From the NCBI GenBank assembly GCA_052327205.1, contig CM126206.1, positions 118,172,001 through 118,236,000 of the forward strand: a stretch of 64,000 nucleotides of DNA, given 5' to 3'. Positions 10,533 through 22,088 of the stretch are shown here, piece after piece. The number at the start of each line of letters is the position of its first letter. The stretch's first letter is position 1. Position numbers and translations under genes: made by a program. A model generated the notes under the pieces. It had not been told where the DNA came from, made no database searches, and saw only the letters and a program-made list of their open reading frames with translations. This DNA comes from Somniosus microcephalus. Lineage: Eukaryota.

Positions 10533-13500
10533 TTATATATTCAGTCTTTGGGGAGGCTTCCTGATCCTTTCTGGATAGCGCCTTTCCCGAGTGTCTTGCT
10601 CTTGGTGCGGAGGCGATTCTGGCTCCCTGTCGTCGGTTGGTTCATCAGCTTCCGATGCTACTGTTTCTGGGGTAGATGCGACCTGTACGTCGGGTTCATC
10701 ACCAGGTACGTATGGGCGAGGCATGGGGTTGACTTGTTCCTGTGACTCTAGGATCTGGTCAGCATGGCGTCTCACGATGCTCTCCCCAACGTCCACTGTG
10801 TACATTAGTGGGCCCTGCTGTGTGCATATCGTTCCTGGCTGCCATTTTTCTGTTCGGTAGTCGCGGGCCAAGACTGGTTGCCCTACATTGAAGCTTCTTG
10901 TTGGCTTCTCATGGATGTGCTGGAATTGCTTACTCTCAACATCTCTTCGTACGTTTGGTCTGAGCAAATCCAGGTGAGATGTTAACCTTCGGTTAAAGAA
11001 CATCATGGCTGGGGCCTGGTTGGTGACTGCATGTGTCGCATTCCGGTAGGTGAACAGGAAATTGTCCACCTTGTGCTGCAGCAGAATGTTGTCATTGTAC
11101 ATTGCCTTTATTGCCTTCACAGAATCACAGAAACCCCACAGTGCAGATAGAGGCCATTTCGGCCCATCGAGCCTGCACCGACACATATCCCACCCGATCC
11201 CTGTAACCCCTACACCAACACATATCCCACCCTATCCCCGTAACCCCACGTATTTAATCCCCCGAACACTAAGGGTCAATTTATCATAGCCAATCAACCT
11301 AACCCGCACATCTTTGGACTTAAAGGTTTGTACGAACCTCTCAGCCAATCCATTTGTGGCTGGATGATACGGGGCGGATGTGTAATGCCTTACCCCATTC
11401 TTTTTCAAGAATTTCCGGAACTCTTCGGACACAAACTGTGGTCCGTTGTCAGAGCAAATCTGTTCTGGCAAGCCATTCCTGGCAAAAATGGTCCGTAGGA
11501 CTGCAATAGTTTTCTCCGTGGTGGTGGAGGACATTTTGATGAACTCAGGCCATTTCGAGTGCGCATCCACGGCTATTAAAAACATTGAGTCCATGAATGG
11601 ACCAGCAAAATCAATATGCACCCGTTGCCATGGAGATGAGGGCCACTCCCATGGGTGTAGAGGGGCCTGTGGTGGTGCATTTTGGACTCTCTGGCATCCT
11701 GAGCAGCTCTTGGTCAGGTCCTCGATTTGTTTATCGATTCCCGGCCACCGCACATAAGCCCTGGCTAGGCTTTTCATTTTTACCCCTCCCAGATGACCCT
11801 CATGAAGCTCATTGAGCACTTTATCCCTTAACTTGGGTGGAATTACCACTCGGGATCCACACATCAAGGTCCCCCGGCACACTGACAGCTGTTCTCTCCT
11901 TGTCGAGAATGCTGGCAACAGTGAGTCGCCATGTGCTGGCCATCCCTTCACCGTCAAATCATATACCTGAGACAGTGTCGGGTCATTTCGGGTTTCCTTT
12001 TCGATACAAGCGTTAGTTACCGGTAGGTATTCAACGATAGTCGAATGGAATATTTCGACAGGATCCACTGCTGGTGCTTCCTCCGCAGTAGGCAGTGGCA
12101 GGCGTGATAGCCCATCAGCATTTCCATGCTGTTTCGTGCTCTTATATTCAATCTCATAGTGGTGCGCCCCTAGAAAAAGTGACCATCTTTGTAGTCGTTG
12201 CGCAGTCATCACCGGAACGCCCTTCTTCGGATTAAAAATGGAGACGAGGCTGGTGATCAGTCAGCAAGGTGAATTTCTGCCCGTGCAGATAGTGATTGAA
12301 CTTTTTCACTCCCCACACTAGGTTGAGGGCCTCCCTGTCAATCTGGGCGTAGTTACGCTCGGCTGAGGTTAGTGATCGTGACGCAAAGGCTATTGGCCTC
12401 TCTGAGCCGTCCGAGAATTTGTGCGACAGCACCGCTCCAATGCCGTAGGGTGACGCATCACATGCCAACCGAATTGGTAATGCCGGGTTGTAATGGGCCA
12501 ATACCTCTTTCGATGTGATTAGTGTTTTGCTCTTCTGGAAAGCTCGTCTACATTCGTCACTCCACTTCCATGGCACCCCAGTTTGCAGTAGGTTGTTTAG
12601 TGGGTGTAGTATTGTAGACAAATTTGGCAAGAACTTATGGTAGTAGTTTACCAGCCTGAGGAACGACCTCAGTTGTGACACATTTTCCGGTGCTGGAGCC
12701 TTGACTACTGCCTCAATTTTCTCTGGGGACTTATGTAACCCCTCTTTATCAATAACGTGGCCACAATACGAGATCTGTTTTCTAAAAAACTCGCATTTGG
12801 GGCGGTTAGCCCGGAGCCCATATTCCTGCAATCTAGTGAGCACCTGCTCCAGGTTGGCATGGTGATCACTGTCATTTTCACCTGTGACCAGGATGTCGTC
12901 CAAATAACACTGGGTCCCTGGGATCCCTTGCAGGACTTGTTCCATTGCCCTCTGCGAAATAGCCGGAGCTGATGCTACCCCGAATACCAGCCGGTTGTAT
13001 TGGTAGAGACCTTTATGGGTGTTGTTTGTGAGGTATTTTTTTGATGCTTCTTCTACCTCCATTTGCAGATACGCCTGGGCCAGATCAATCTTAGTGAAGC
13101 GTTTCCCTCCAGATAGCGAGGCGAAAATATCTTCAATCCGAGGAAGTGGATATTGTACGGTGTGAAGGACCGGGTTCACTGTTACCTTAAAGCCCCCACA
13201 GATGCGAACCTTCCTTGGTTCCCCAGGCGTGCTGCTCAACGACTTTTTCATCACAGGGACGATGGGTGTAGCCCACTCGCTCCAGTCTACCTTGGACAGT
13301 ACATCTGAACGTTCCAGACTCTCCAGCTCTGTTTCGACGGCTGGGCGGATCGCATAAGGTAGAGGTCTGGCCTTAAAAAATTTTGGGCTTGCGTTTTCTT
13401 TAATTTTAATCGTCGCTGTCATGCCTTTTAGTGTTCCGAGTCCTTGCTGGAACACTTCTTTCGCGTCTGTTAGGATCTTTGACAGTCGCCCAGGTGTGAC

Positions 13501-13915
13501 GTCGTCATCCTTTTTGTCAGCCACAGTCAGTGCCTGTATGGAATGCCAATCCAGTTGTATTTTCCGGATCCATTCACGTCCCAGTAATGGTGGTCCTCCA
13601 TCTTGCAATACATACAGGTCTAGTTTTGGTGTTTCATTACCGTTATATATAACGGTCACCCTTATATTTCCTTTGGGGTAGACTTTTTGCCCCGTGTACG
13701 TCTTCAAAATAATTTTTGTGTCTCTCAAGGGTATGTGTGAGAATAGCCGCTCGTAGTCCCGTCGGTTTATGACTGTTAGGGCTGATCCTGTGTCCAATTC
13801 CATCTTTACCTGGACTCCTGCTATCTTGAGAGTGACCCAAATGGTTCGGTGATCCTCCGTTGTGATCACATTATGTAGTTTCAGACAACTCAGTTCCCTG
13901 CTTTCGGAGTCGTTA
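10533..13915 (-). pseudogene. pol: Gypsy pol (protease, RT, RNase H, integrase), disrupted
   Basis: Protease MELDTGS; RT YLDD; RNase H LACDAS and TDHQP; integrase HEGH...CSGC zinc motif, HIDFAGP, SDNGPQF, GLAERFVQ. Frameshift near 12240 and SINE insertion at 11118-11318. Confidence 0.95.
11118..11318 (-). mobile_element. 5'-truncated HE1/V-SINE-like element inserted in the integrase
   Basis: Minus strand TCCAAAGATGTGCGGGTTAGGTTGATTGGC (V-domain-like) with a CR1-type tail GATGGGCCGAAATGGCCTC...TCTGTGATTCTGTG. Integrase reads VQTFK | KAIKAM across the insertion. Confidence 0.8.
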
Positions 13916-14683
13916 TCACTTTTGTTCGTCTGAACTATTCTCCGTGATCTTATGTACCTTCTTGTACTTTGCTTTGGTAGGTTTCTTATTGCTGGTTTTC
14001 TTTCCCGACCTGCAGACTCGTGCTATGTGTCCTACTTTTCCACACTGTCTGCACACTTTGTCTTTGAACCAGCAATCATTCTGGTCGTGTGTTGTTCTGC
14101 CGCAGCGATAGCACTTCTCTGTTCCATATGACATTTCGTTTGTGCCATATTCTTGCGGTCTCTGTTGTATCTCTGCAGCGCCCCGTGCTGCTGCTTCATA
14201 TGATACCGCAATGCTGAAAGCCTTTTCCAGTGTAAGGTCCTTTTCAGATAAAAGCCGTTTCAGGGTTCCTTCACTTTGAAGCCCACACACAAACTTGTCC
14301 CTTAAGGTATCTGCCAGTCCCGCTCCAAACTGGCAGTGTTTCGATAGTTTGCGCAGTTCTGTTAAATAATCAGCATTGCTTTCATCCTTATGCTGGTTCC
14401 GTTTGTGAAACTTGAATCTTTCTGCTATCAGCAGCGGTGTGGGGTTTAAATGTTCCTGTAGTATCGTTACTATGTCTTCAAAACTCTTTTCCATTGGCTT
14501 CGTTGGGGTTACTAGATTTTGTAATAACCCATACATCTTTGCACCCATTAAATTTAACAATACCGATGCTTTCTTGTCATCTGACACCTCATTTGCCTTG
14601 CAGTACACCTCTATTCGTTCGACATATGTAGTCCAATCTTCGACTTCATTGTCAAATGCGGCGATACTGCCACTCTTCGGCAT
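13916..14683 (-). CDS. gag: Gypsy gag with zinc knuckles
   Basis: 255-aa ORF: WTTYVERIEVY, ERFKFHKRNQ, LRDKFVCGL, CYRCGRTTHDQNDC and CRQCGKVGHIARVC. One extra base near 13920 separates it from the pol frame. Confidence 0.9.
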   Translation of the reverse strand: MPKSGSIAAFDNEVEDWTTYVERIEVYCKANEVSDDKKASVLLNLMGAKMYGLLQNLVTPTKPMEKSFEDIVTILQEHLNPTPLLIAERFKFHKRNQHKDESNADYLTELRKLSKHCQFGAGLADTLRDKFVCGLQSEGTLKRLLSEKDLTLEKAFSIAVSYEAAARGAAEIQQRPQEYGTNEMSYGTEKCYRCGRTTHDQNDCWFKDKVCRQCGKVGHIARVCRSGKKTSNKKPTKAKYKKVHKITENSSDEQK

Positions 14684-15198
14684 TTTGTGTGTGGTTTAAA
14701 ATGTCATCTCCCAATGGCTTAAAATGGTGTCTCCCGCGCTTTCCTTCCTCCCCCGCTGCTGCCAACGCCGCTCTCGGCTGTCCTCGTGGCAATGGCGGCG
14801 CCTCGCGGGTTTCTGCGCGTCTCTCTCTCCCTCTCTTCGACGCTACTCGGCCCCTGAACACCGGCTGCGCCCTGTGCGCTCTGCCCTCTCTCTCCCCCGT
14901 CGACAATGCTCGGCCCTTTGCTGTGCCGCTCGGTCGGGCTCTAGCCCGCCGCTGTCTGGGAAGGGTCTGCGCGCTACCTGTTGCCAGCCTGTTTCGCTGG
15001 ACCACCTCAACTGGAAAGCCAAGCCTGGCTCTCGACAGCCTCCCCCGCAATTCTCGAGTCTCTGCTGGATGACTGGGCGGTTGCCCGTGGCCGACGCCCG
15101 AGTCTCTGGCCTTGACCTCAAATCCACTGATCTCCAGGAACGAATCCCCGGGAGGTGATGCAGATTTGCAGGTAGGTTCGAACTTGCCTTGTCGCCAA

Positions 15199-15392
15199 TG
15201 TTGTGTCTGTGTATAATAAGACACAGACTGCAGGAGAAACGGTACAACAGGTGTTTACTCAACGTGGCTCATAGTGGAACAGCCTGTACAGATTACTACT
15301 CAGTGCTATATACAGGTGTGGTCACTGCCAGTACTACAGTATATACATGAGCTGTAAAAAGTAGTTCCCCCCTTAAAGGTATATACATTACA
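15199..15392 (-). repeat. 5' LTR of Gypsy element 1
   Basis: 194 bp, TG...CA; PBS immediately internal at about 15185-15197. Confidence 0.95.
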
Positions 15393-17040
15393 CAGACAAT
15401 ACGGATTACTCGGATAGTCAAAAAGGTGTAAAGATCGCTTCGACACTGGATCTGACATCTCACACTACAGAAACAACCTAAAAGGTGAAATTGGGCTCGG
15501 TCGTGACCGTTTTTGGGCGGTACAAGGCTCCTTAAAGTTCCAAAATGGCATCCGCGGCACGTGCGCACACTTCTGATCCAAAGTGCGCCAGATGGCAAAC
15601 TGTTAGAGGTTAACGCACATGCACCTAACGTCCGCCGGCAATCAATGTGTAATGGTGATTTGACGCCAGCTCTGCCATTGTGGAGCTCCACACTCCAGCT
15701 ATGCCCTCTCTTAACCTCGCACAGCTGAACACGTGTTCAACGTCATGGAGGACCCTCACCAGTGCTATTTAAAGGTATCATCAACTTCTTGCAGGTTAGT
15801 TGCTAGTTGATCTCTTAAGGTTGTTGCTGCAATTCTACGAGTTCTGATATTTTCTATAGTTAGTTAAAGTTTCAGTAGTGTACAGGGAGTGGTCTGGCAG
15901 GTGCTGACGTACTTTTTTGCTGACTTCAAGGCTTGTGCACATAAGAACATTAGAAATAGGAGCAGGAGTAGGCTATTTGGCCCTTCGAGCCTGCTCCGCC
16001 ATTCAATAAGATCATGGCTGATCTGCTACCTCATCTCCACTTTCCTGAACTATTCCCATATCCCTTAATACTCAAAAATCTATTGATCTCTGTCTTGAAT
16101 ATGCTCAATGACTGAGCATCCACTGCCATCTGGGGTAGAGAATTCCAAAGATTCACCACCCTCTGAGTGAGAAGAAATTTCTCCTCATCTCAGCCCTAAA
16201 TGACCGACCCATTCTGAGACTGTGACCCCTGGTTCTAGACTCCCTAGCCAGGGGAAACATCTTCCCTGCATCTACCCTGTCAAGCCCTGTAAGAATTTTG
16301 TATGTTTCAATGAGATCACCTCTCATTCTTCTAAACTCCAGAGAATATAGGCCGAGTCTACACAATCTGTCATCATAGGACAATCCCCCCATCCCAGGAA
16401 CCAGTCTGGTGAACCTTCGTTGCACTCCCTCTATGGCAAGTACATCCTTCCATAGGTAAGGAGACCAAAACTGTACACAATACTCCAGGTGTGGTCTCAC
16501 CAGGGCCCTATATAATTGCAGTAAGACGTCTTTACTCTTATACTCAAATCCTCTTGTAATAAAGGCCAACATACCATTTGCTTTCCTAATTTTTTGCTGT
16601 ACTTGCATGTTAACTTGCACTGATTCGTGTACAAGGACACCCAGGTCCCTCTGAACACCAACATTTCCCAATCTCTCACCATTTAAAAAAATACTCTGCT
16701 TTTCTATTTTTTGTACCAAGTGGATAACTTCACATTTCTCCACATTATATTCCATATGCCATGTTCTTGCCCACTCACTTAGCCTGTCTATATCCCCATA
16801 AAGCCTCCTTGCATTCTACTTGCAACTTACATTCCCACCCAGCTTTGTATCATCAGCAAACTTGGATATATTACATTTGGTCCCCTCATCCAAATCATTG
16901 ATGTAGATTGTAAATAGTTGAGGCCCAAGCACTGATCCTTGCGGTACCCCACTAGTTACAGCCTGCCAACCCAAAAATAACCTGATTATTCCTACTCTCT
17001 ATTTTCTGTCCGTTTACCAATCCTCAATCCGTGCTAGTAT

Positions 17041-17280
17041 AGTGTGTCAGCGGGAATCCTGAGCGGCAGAGCGGGGCTATAAAAGTCCCAGAGACCAGGT
17101 AAGGCCTCAGTGCGTCGGCGGGAATCCTGAGCGGCAGAGCGGGGCTATAAAAGGCCCCTGAGACCCAGATAAGGCGTACCAGTCTCCGAACTCGCAAGGA
17201 GAGAGGGAAGGAGAGAGGTAAAAAGTAATCCAAGTGTGACGTCACCAGAAAGCGGGTAAGTGATTGGTTGGTGAGTATTT
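17041..17280 (+). promoter_or_regulatory. CR1 5' UTR with two 68-bp tandem units, each containing TATAAAA, followed by CRE and reverse CCAAT motifs
   Basis: Units start at 17041 and 17109 (GCGGGAATCCTGAGCGGCAGAGCGGGGCTATAAAAG). GTGACGTCAC at about 17236; GATTGG at about 17262. Promoter function is inferred. Confidence 0.6.
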
Positions 17281-17399
17281 CCCCCTTTTGAAGCTTAAAT
17301 CTCTTTGGTTTATAGTTTCTAAGGTGTGATATTCACCATCTAGAATCGGGGCAGAGGGTATTTAAGAATAATATTAATACATTTAATTAATTACATAGA

Positions 17400-18356
17400 A
17401 TGGGAGATCAGGTGATGTGTTGCTGCTGCAATATGTGGGAGCTGGTGGACACCATTGATGCTCACGGTGATCACATTTGCAGTAAGTGTTGGCTGCTTGA
17501 GGAATTCCGGCTCCGTGTTGAAGAGCTGGAGTCCGAGCTTCAAACACTGAGACACATCAGGGAGGGGGAGAGTTACCTGGACTCTGTGTATCACGAGGTA
17601 TTCACACCAATTAGATTAATTAATTCAGATGTAGTCCGTGGCCAGGGTCAGGATGGTGTGACTAGAAGTGAGGCAGGTACGGGGATCCAGGAGGTAGTGT
17701 TGGAGGAGCCGCAGCCCTTGCACTTGTCCAACAGGTTCGAGGCTCTTACTCCCTGTGAGGTTGGGAACAGGGACTGCAGGGAGGATGAGCAACCTGGCCA
17801 CAGCACCGTGGAGCAGGGGGCCATTCAAGTGGGGGGAGTTAAAAGAAATGTTGTAGTGGTAGGGGATAGTATCGTTAGGGGGATAGATAGAGTTCTTTGC
17901 AGCCGAGAGCGAGAGTCCCGAAGGCTGTGTTGCCTGCCTGGTGCCAGGGTTAAGGACATCTCCTCTGGACTGGAGAGAAACTTGGAGTGGGAGGGGGAGG
18001 ATCCAGTTGTCGTGGTCCATGTTGGTACCAACGACATAGATAGGACAAGGAAGGAGGTTCTGCTGAGGGAGTTTGAGCAGCTAGGGGCCAAATTAAAAAG
18101 CAGAACCACAAGGGTAATAATCTCTGGATTATTACCTGAGCCACGAGCGAATTTGGCTAGGACAAATAAAATTAGAAAGTTAAATGCGTGGCTCAAAGAC
18201 TGGTGTGGGAGAAATGGGTTTTGCTTCCTGGGACACTGGCACCAGTACTGGGGCAGGAGGGAGCTGTTCCGTTGGGACGGGCTTCACTTGGCCAGTGCTG
18301 GGACTGGAGTCCTGGCGGATCATATAACTAGGGCTGTAGAGAGGGCTTTAAACTAA
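17400..18356 (+). CDS. CR1 ORF1p: zinc finger/leucine zipper plus SGNH esterase
   Basis: Intact 318 aa: CCCCNMW...CSKC, coiled coil LRVEELESELQTL, SGNH blocks GDSIVR, VHVGTND and DGLHL. Confidence 0.93.
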   Translation: MGDQVMCCCCNMWELVDTIDAHGDHICSKCWLLEEFRLRVEELESELQTLRHIREGESYLDSVYHEVFTPIRLINSDVVRGQGQDGVTRSEAGTGIQEVVLEEPQPLHLSNRFEALTPCEVGNRDCREDEQPGHSTVEQGAIQVGGVKRNVVVVGDSIVRGIDRVLCSRERESRRLCCLPGARVKDISSGLERNLEWEGEDPVVVVHVGTNDIDRTRKEVLLREFEQLGAKLKSRTTRVIISGLLPEPRANLARTNKIRKLNAWLKDWCGRNGFCFLGHWHQYWGRRELFRWDGLHLASAGTGVLADHITRAVERALN

Positions 18357-18450
18357 CTAGTGGGGGGGAGGTTCCTAGAGAGCAAATAATAAAAATGACA
18401 ACAGAGAAGGTCATAGACTTAGGTAGCAGGGGGAAATTAAAAACCAGAGC

Positions 18451-21347
18451 GTGTCAGGAAGGGGCAGAAGGTATGGAGTAAAAGGTAAAGTAATAAAAAG
18501 GGCAAAAGCAGGAACTAAGTGTCACAAAACATCTGTGAAAGTTCTCTATCTGAATGCACGTAGCATTCGTAACAAAATAGACGAGTTAATGGCACAAATA
18601 ACTACATATGGGTATGATCTTGTGGCCATTACAGAAACATGGCTGCAGGGTGACAATGCCTGGGAATTAAACATACCAGGTTATTTAACGATCAGAAAGG
18701 ACAGGCAGGAAGGAAGGGGAGGTGGGGTGGCTATGTTAATAAAGGAAGGAATCACTGTAATACAGAGAAATGATATTGGGTCAAAAGATCAGGATAATGA
18801 AACAGTTTGGGTGGAGGTAAGGAATAATAAGGGGAAAAAAACACTAGTGGGCGTAGTCTATAGGCCTCCGAACAGTGGCAACTCTGTTGGACGGAGTACC
18901 AATCAGGAAAGAGTTGAGGCTTGTAATAAGGGAACATCTATAATTATGGGGGATTTTAACTACCATATTAACTGGACAAATCAAAATGGGCAGGGCTGCC
19001 TTGAGGATGAGTTCATTGATTGTATTAGGGATGGGTTTCTTGAGCAGTATGTAACTGAACCGACCAGGGGGCAAGCAACCTTAGATCTGGTCCTGTGTAA
19101 TGAGACAGGATTAATTAAAAATGTCCTAGTAAAGGATCCCCTTGGAATGAGTAACCATAACATGGTTGAATTCCATATTCAATTAGAGGGTGAGAAGGTT
19201 GGATCTCAAACAAGCGTGCTAAGCTTGAATAAAGGAGACTATGAAGGTATGAGAGTGAAATTGAGTAGAGTGGATTGGGAAAATAGATTAAAGGGTAAGA
19301 CGATACATGATCAGTGGTGTACATTTAAGGAGTTATTTTACAACTTCCAAAAAAAAAAATATTCCACTGAGAAGAAAAGGGTGTAAAAGAAAAGACAGCC
19401 ACCCGTGGCTATGTAAAGAAATTAAGGATAGTATTCGACTAAAAACAAGGGCATATAAGGTAGCCAAATCTAGTGGGAGGATAGAGGATTGGGAAAACTT
19501 TAAAAGACAGCAAAAAATAACAAAAAGATTGATTAAGAAAGGGAAGATAGATTATGAAAGTAAATTAGCAAAAAATATAAAAACAGATAGTAAGAGTTTT
19601 TATAGATATATAAAAAGAAAAAGGGTGGCTAAAGTAAATGTTGGTCCCTTAGAGGATGAGACTGGGAAATTAATGGTGGGAAATATGGAGATGGCAAAAA
19701 CACTGAATGAATATTTTGTATCAGTCTTTACAGTAGAAGACACTAAGAATATCCCAACACTGGACAAACAGGGGGCTAAAGGGGGGGGAGGAGCTAAACA
19801 TGATCAAAATCACTAAGGAAGTGGTACTCGGTAAAATAATGGGACTCAAGGCGTATAAATCACCTGGACCTGATGGCTTACATCCTAGGGTCTTGAGGGA
19901 AGTGGCGGTAGGGATTGTGGATGCATTGGTAATAATTTTCCAAAACTCCCTGGACTCAGCAAAGGTCCCGGCAGACTGGAAAACTGCTAATGTAACACCC
20001 TTATTTAAAAAGGGCAGTAGACAGAAGGCTGGAAACTATAGACCGGTTAGCCTAACATCTGTGGTAGGTAAAATTTTGGAGTCCATTATTAAGGAGACAG
20101 TAACAGGACATTTGGATAATCATAATTTAATAGGACAAAGTCAGCATGGTTTTATGAAGGGGAAGTCATGTTTGACAAATTTGCTGGAGTTCTTTGAGGA
20201 AGTAACATATAGGGTGGTTAAAGGGGAACCAGTGGACGTAGTGTATTTAGACTTCCAAAAGGCATTTGACAAGGTGCCACACAAAAGATTATTGCTTAAG
20301 ATAAAAAATCACGGGATTGGGGGTAATATTCTGGCATGGATAGAGGATTGGCTATCTAACAGAAGGCAGCGAGTTGGAATAAATGGTTCATTCTCAGACT
20401 GGCAATCAGTAACTAGTGGTGTTCCGCAGGGGTCAGTGCTGGGTCCCCAACTCTTTACAAGGTATATTAACAATTTGGAGGAGGGGACCGAGTGTAACAT
20501 ATCAAAGTTTGCAGATGATACTAAGATGGGAGGGAAAGTAGTGAGTGAGGAGGACATAAAAAACCTGCAAGGGGACATAGACAGGCTAAGTAGGTGGGCA
20601 GAGATTTGGCAGATGGAATACAATACTGGAAAGTGTGAGGTTATGCACTTTGGCAGGAAAAATCGTAGAGCAAGTTATTATCTTAATGGCAAGAAACTGG
20701 AAAGTACCGAAGTACAAAGGGATCTGGGGGTCCTGGTGCACGAAACTCAAAAGGTTAGTATGCAGGTGCAGCAAGTGATTAAGAAGGCCAATGGAATGTT
20801 GGCTTTCATTGCTAGGGGGATAGAATATAAAAATAGGGAGGTATTGCTTCAGTTGTACAAGGTATTGGTGAGACCGCACCTGGAATACTGCGTACAGTTT
20901 TGGTGTCCATACTTAAGAAAGGACATACTTGCTCTCGAGTCAGTACAAAGAAGGTTCACTCGGTTAATCCCGGGGATGAGGGGATGGATATATGAGGAGA
21001 GGTTGAGTAGATTGGGACTCTACTCATTGGAGTTCAGAAGAATGAGAGGCGATCTTATTGAAACATATAAGATTGTGAAGGGGTTGGATCGGGTGGATGC
21101 GGGGAAGATGTTCCCGATGATGGGTGAAACTAGAACTAGGGGGCATAGTCTTAGAATAAGGGGCTGCTCTTTCAAAACTGAGATGAGGAGGAACTACTTC
21201 ACTCAGAGGGTGGTAGGTCCATGGAATATGCTGCCCCAAAAAGCTGTAGAAGCTACATCATTACATAAATTTAAAACAGAAATAGACAGTTTCCTAGAAG
21301 TAAAGGGAATTAAGGGTTATGGGGAGCGGGCAGGAATTTGGACATGA
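18451..21347 (+). CDS. CR1 ORF2p: APE endonuclease plus reverse transcriptase, with two single-base frameshifts in homopolymers
   Basis: [47 protein letters not shown]. The frame changes only at A11 (19349-19359) and G8 (19781-19788). Confidence 0.92.
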
Positions 21348-21839
21348 GTCTAGGTTCGGATCGGACATGGCCCTGTGGGTAGCGGAGCGGGCCCAGGGGC
21401 CGTGTAGCCTGATCCTGCTCCTATTTCGTCTGTCTAATTCTGTTAGATTCAGGAGATGGTTCTGTGACAGTGGATTGGCGGTTAGGATGAGATCAGCCAT
21501 GATCTTATTGAATGGCGGAGCAGGCTCCAGGGGTCGATTGGCCTACTGCTGCTCCTATTTCTTATGTTGTTATGTTCTTATTGCCCCTAATCCCATGAGC
21601 CCTAATTTTGTTTAATAACCTCTTGTGTGGCACCTTATCGAATGCCTTCTAAAAATCCAAATACACCACATCCACTGGTTCCCCCTTATCTATTCTGCTA
21701 GTTACAACCTCAAAAAACAGATTTGTCAAACACGATTTCCCTTTCATAAATCCGTGTTGACTCTGCCCAATCCTATTATTATTTTCTAAGTGCCCTGTTA
21801 CCATGTCCTTAATCATAGATTCTAGCATTTTCCCTACTA

Positions 21840-22088
21840 CAGTAAACTCTTGTTTAAACGGCACTTAATCATCCGGAATTCTTTCATAACCGGCAAAATA
21901 GATAACCGGTAATCTTGCCGAATCCATCCATTTTTTATTTTTTCGAGTCTGAGTTTCCTGCGGTGGCCGAGTTAGTCCGTGGTTTTTATTTTTTTTGTTA
22001 AAAATGGCTTACCTCTCTGTTATCCAGAATTTTTCATCAACCGGCACCATCTCGGTCCCGTAGGTGCCGGATACGAAAGAGTTTACTG
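21840..22088. mobile_element. Tigger-derived MITE (249 bp)
   Basis: TIRs CAGTAAACTCTT...AAGAGTTTACTG; TA TSD at 21838-21839 and 22089-22090; ends match the Tigger at 2323-4356 in opposite orientation. Confidence 0.92.

Larger units (their letters stand above)
10232..15392 (-). mobile_element. Complete Gypsy/Ty3 LTR retrotransposon (5.16 kb)
   Basis: TG...CA LTRs; 5-bp TSD CAGAC at 10227-10231 and 15393-15397; PBS TGGCGAC next to the 5' LTR; PPT AAAAGGGGAGGAA next to the 3' LTR; domain order gag-PR-RT-RH-IN. Confidence 0.97.
17042..21578 (+). mobile_element. Full-length CR1 LINE (about 4.5 kb)
   Basis: 5' UTR, ORF1, ORF2 and a 3' UTR ending in TTATGTTGTTATGTTCT; inserted at a TA in the older CR1. 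Confidence 0.96.

Noticed and set aside
13869-13925. Programmed gag-pol frameshift in Gypsy 1
   Set aside because: One extra A in a short run explains the shift; no clear slippery heptamer, and the element has other lesions.
14656-15158. Plus-strand ORFs of 138 and 144 aa
   Set aside because: They arise from stop-poor GC-rich leader sequence and have no domain features.
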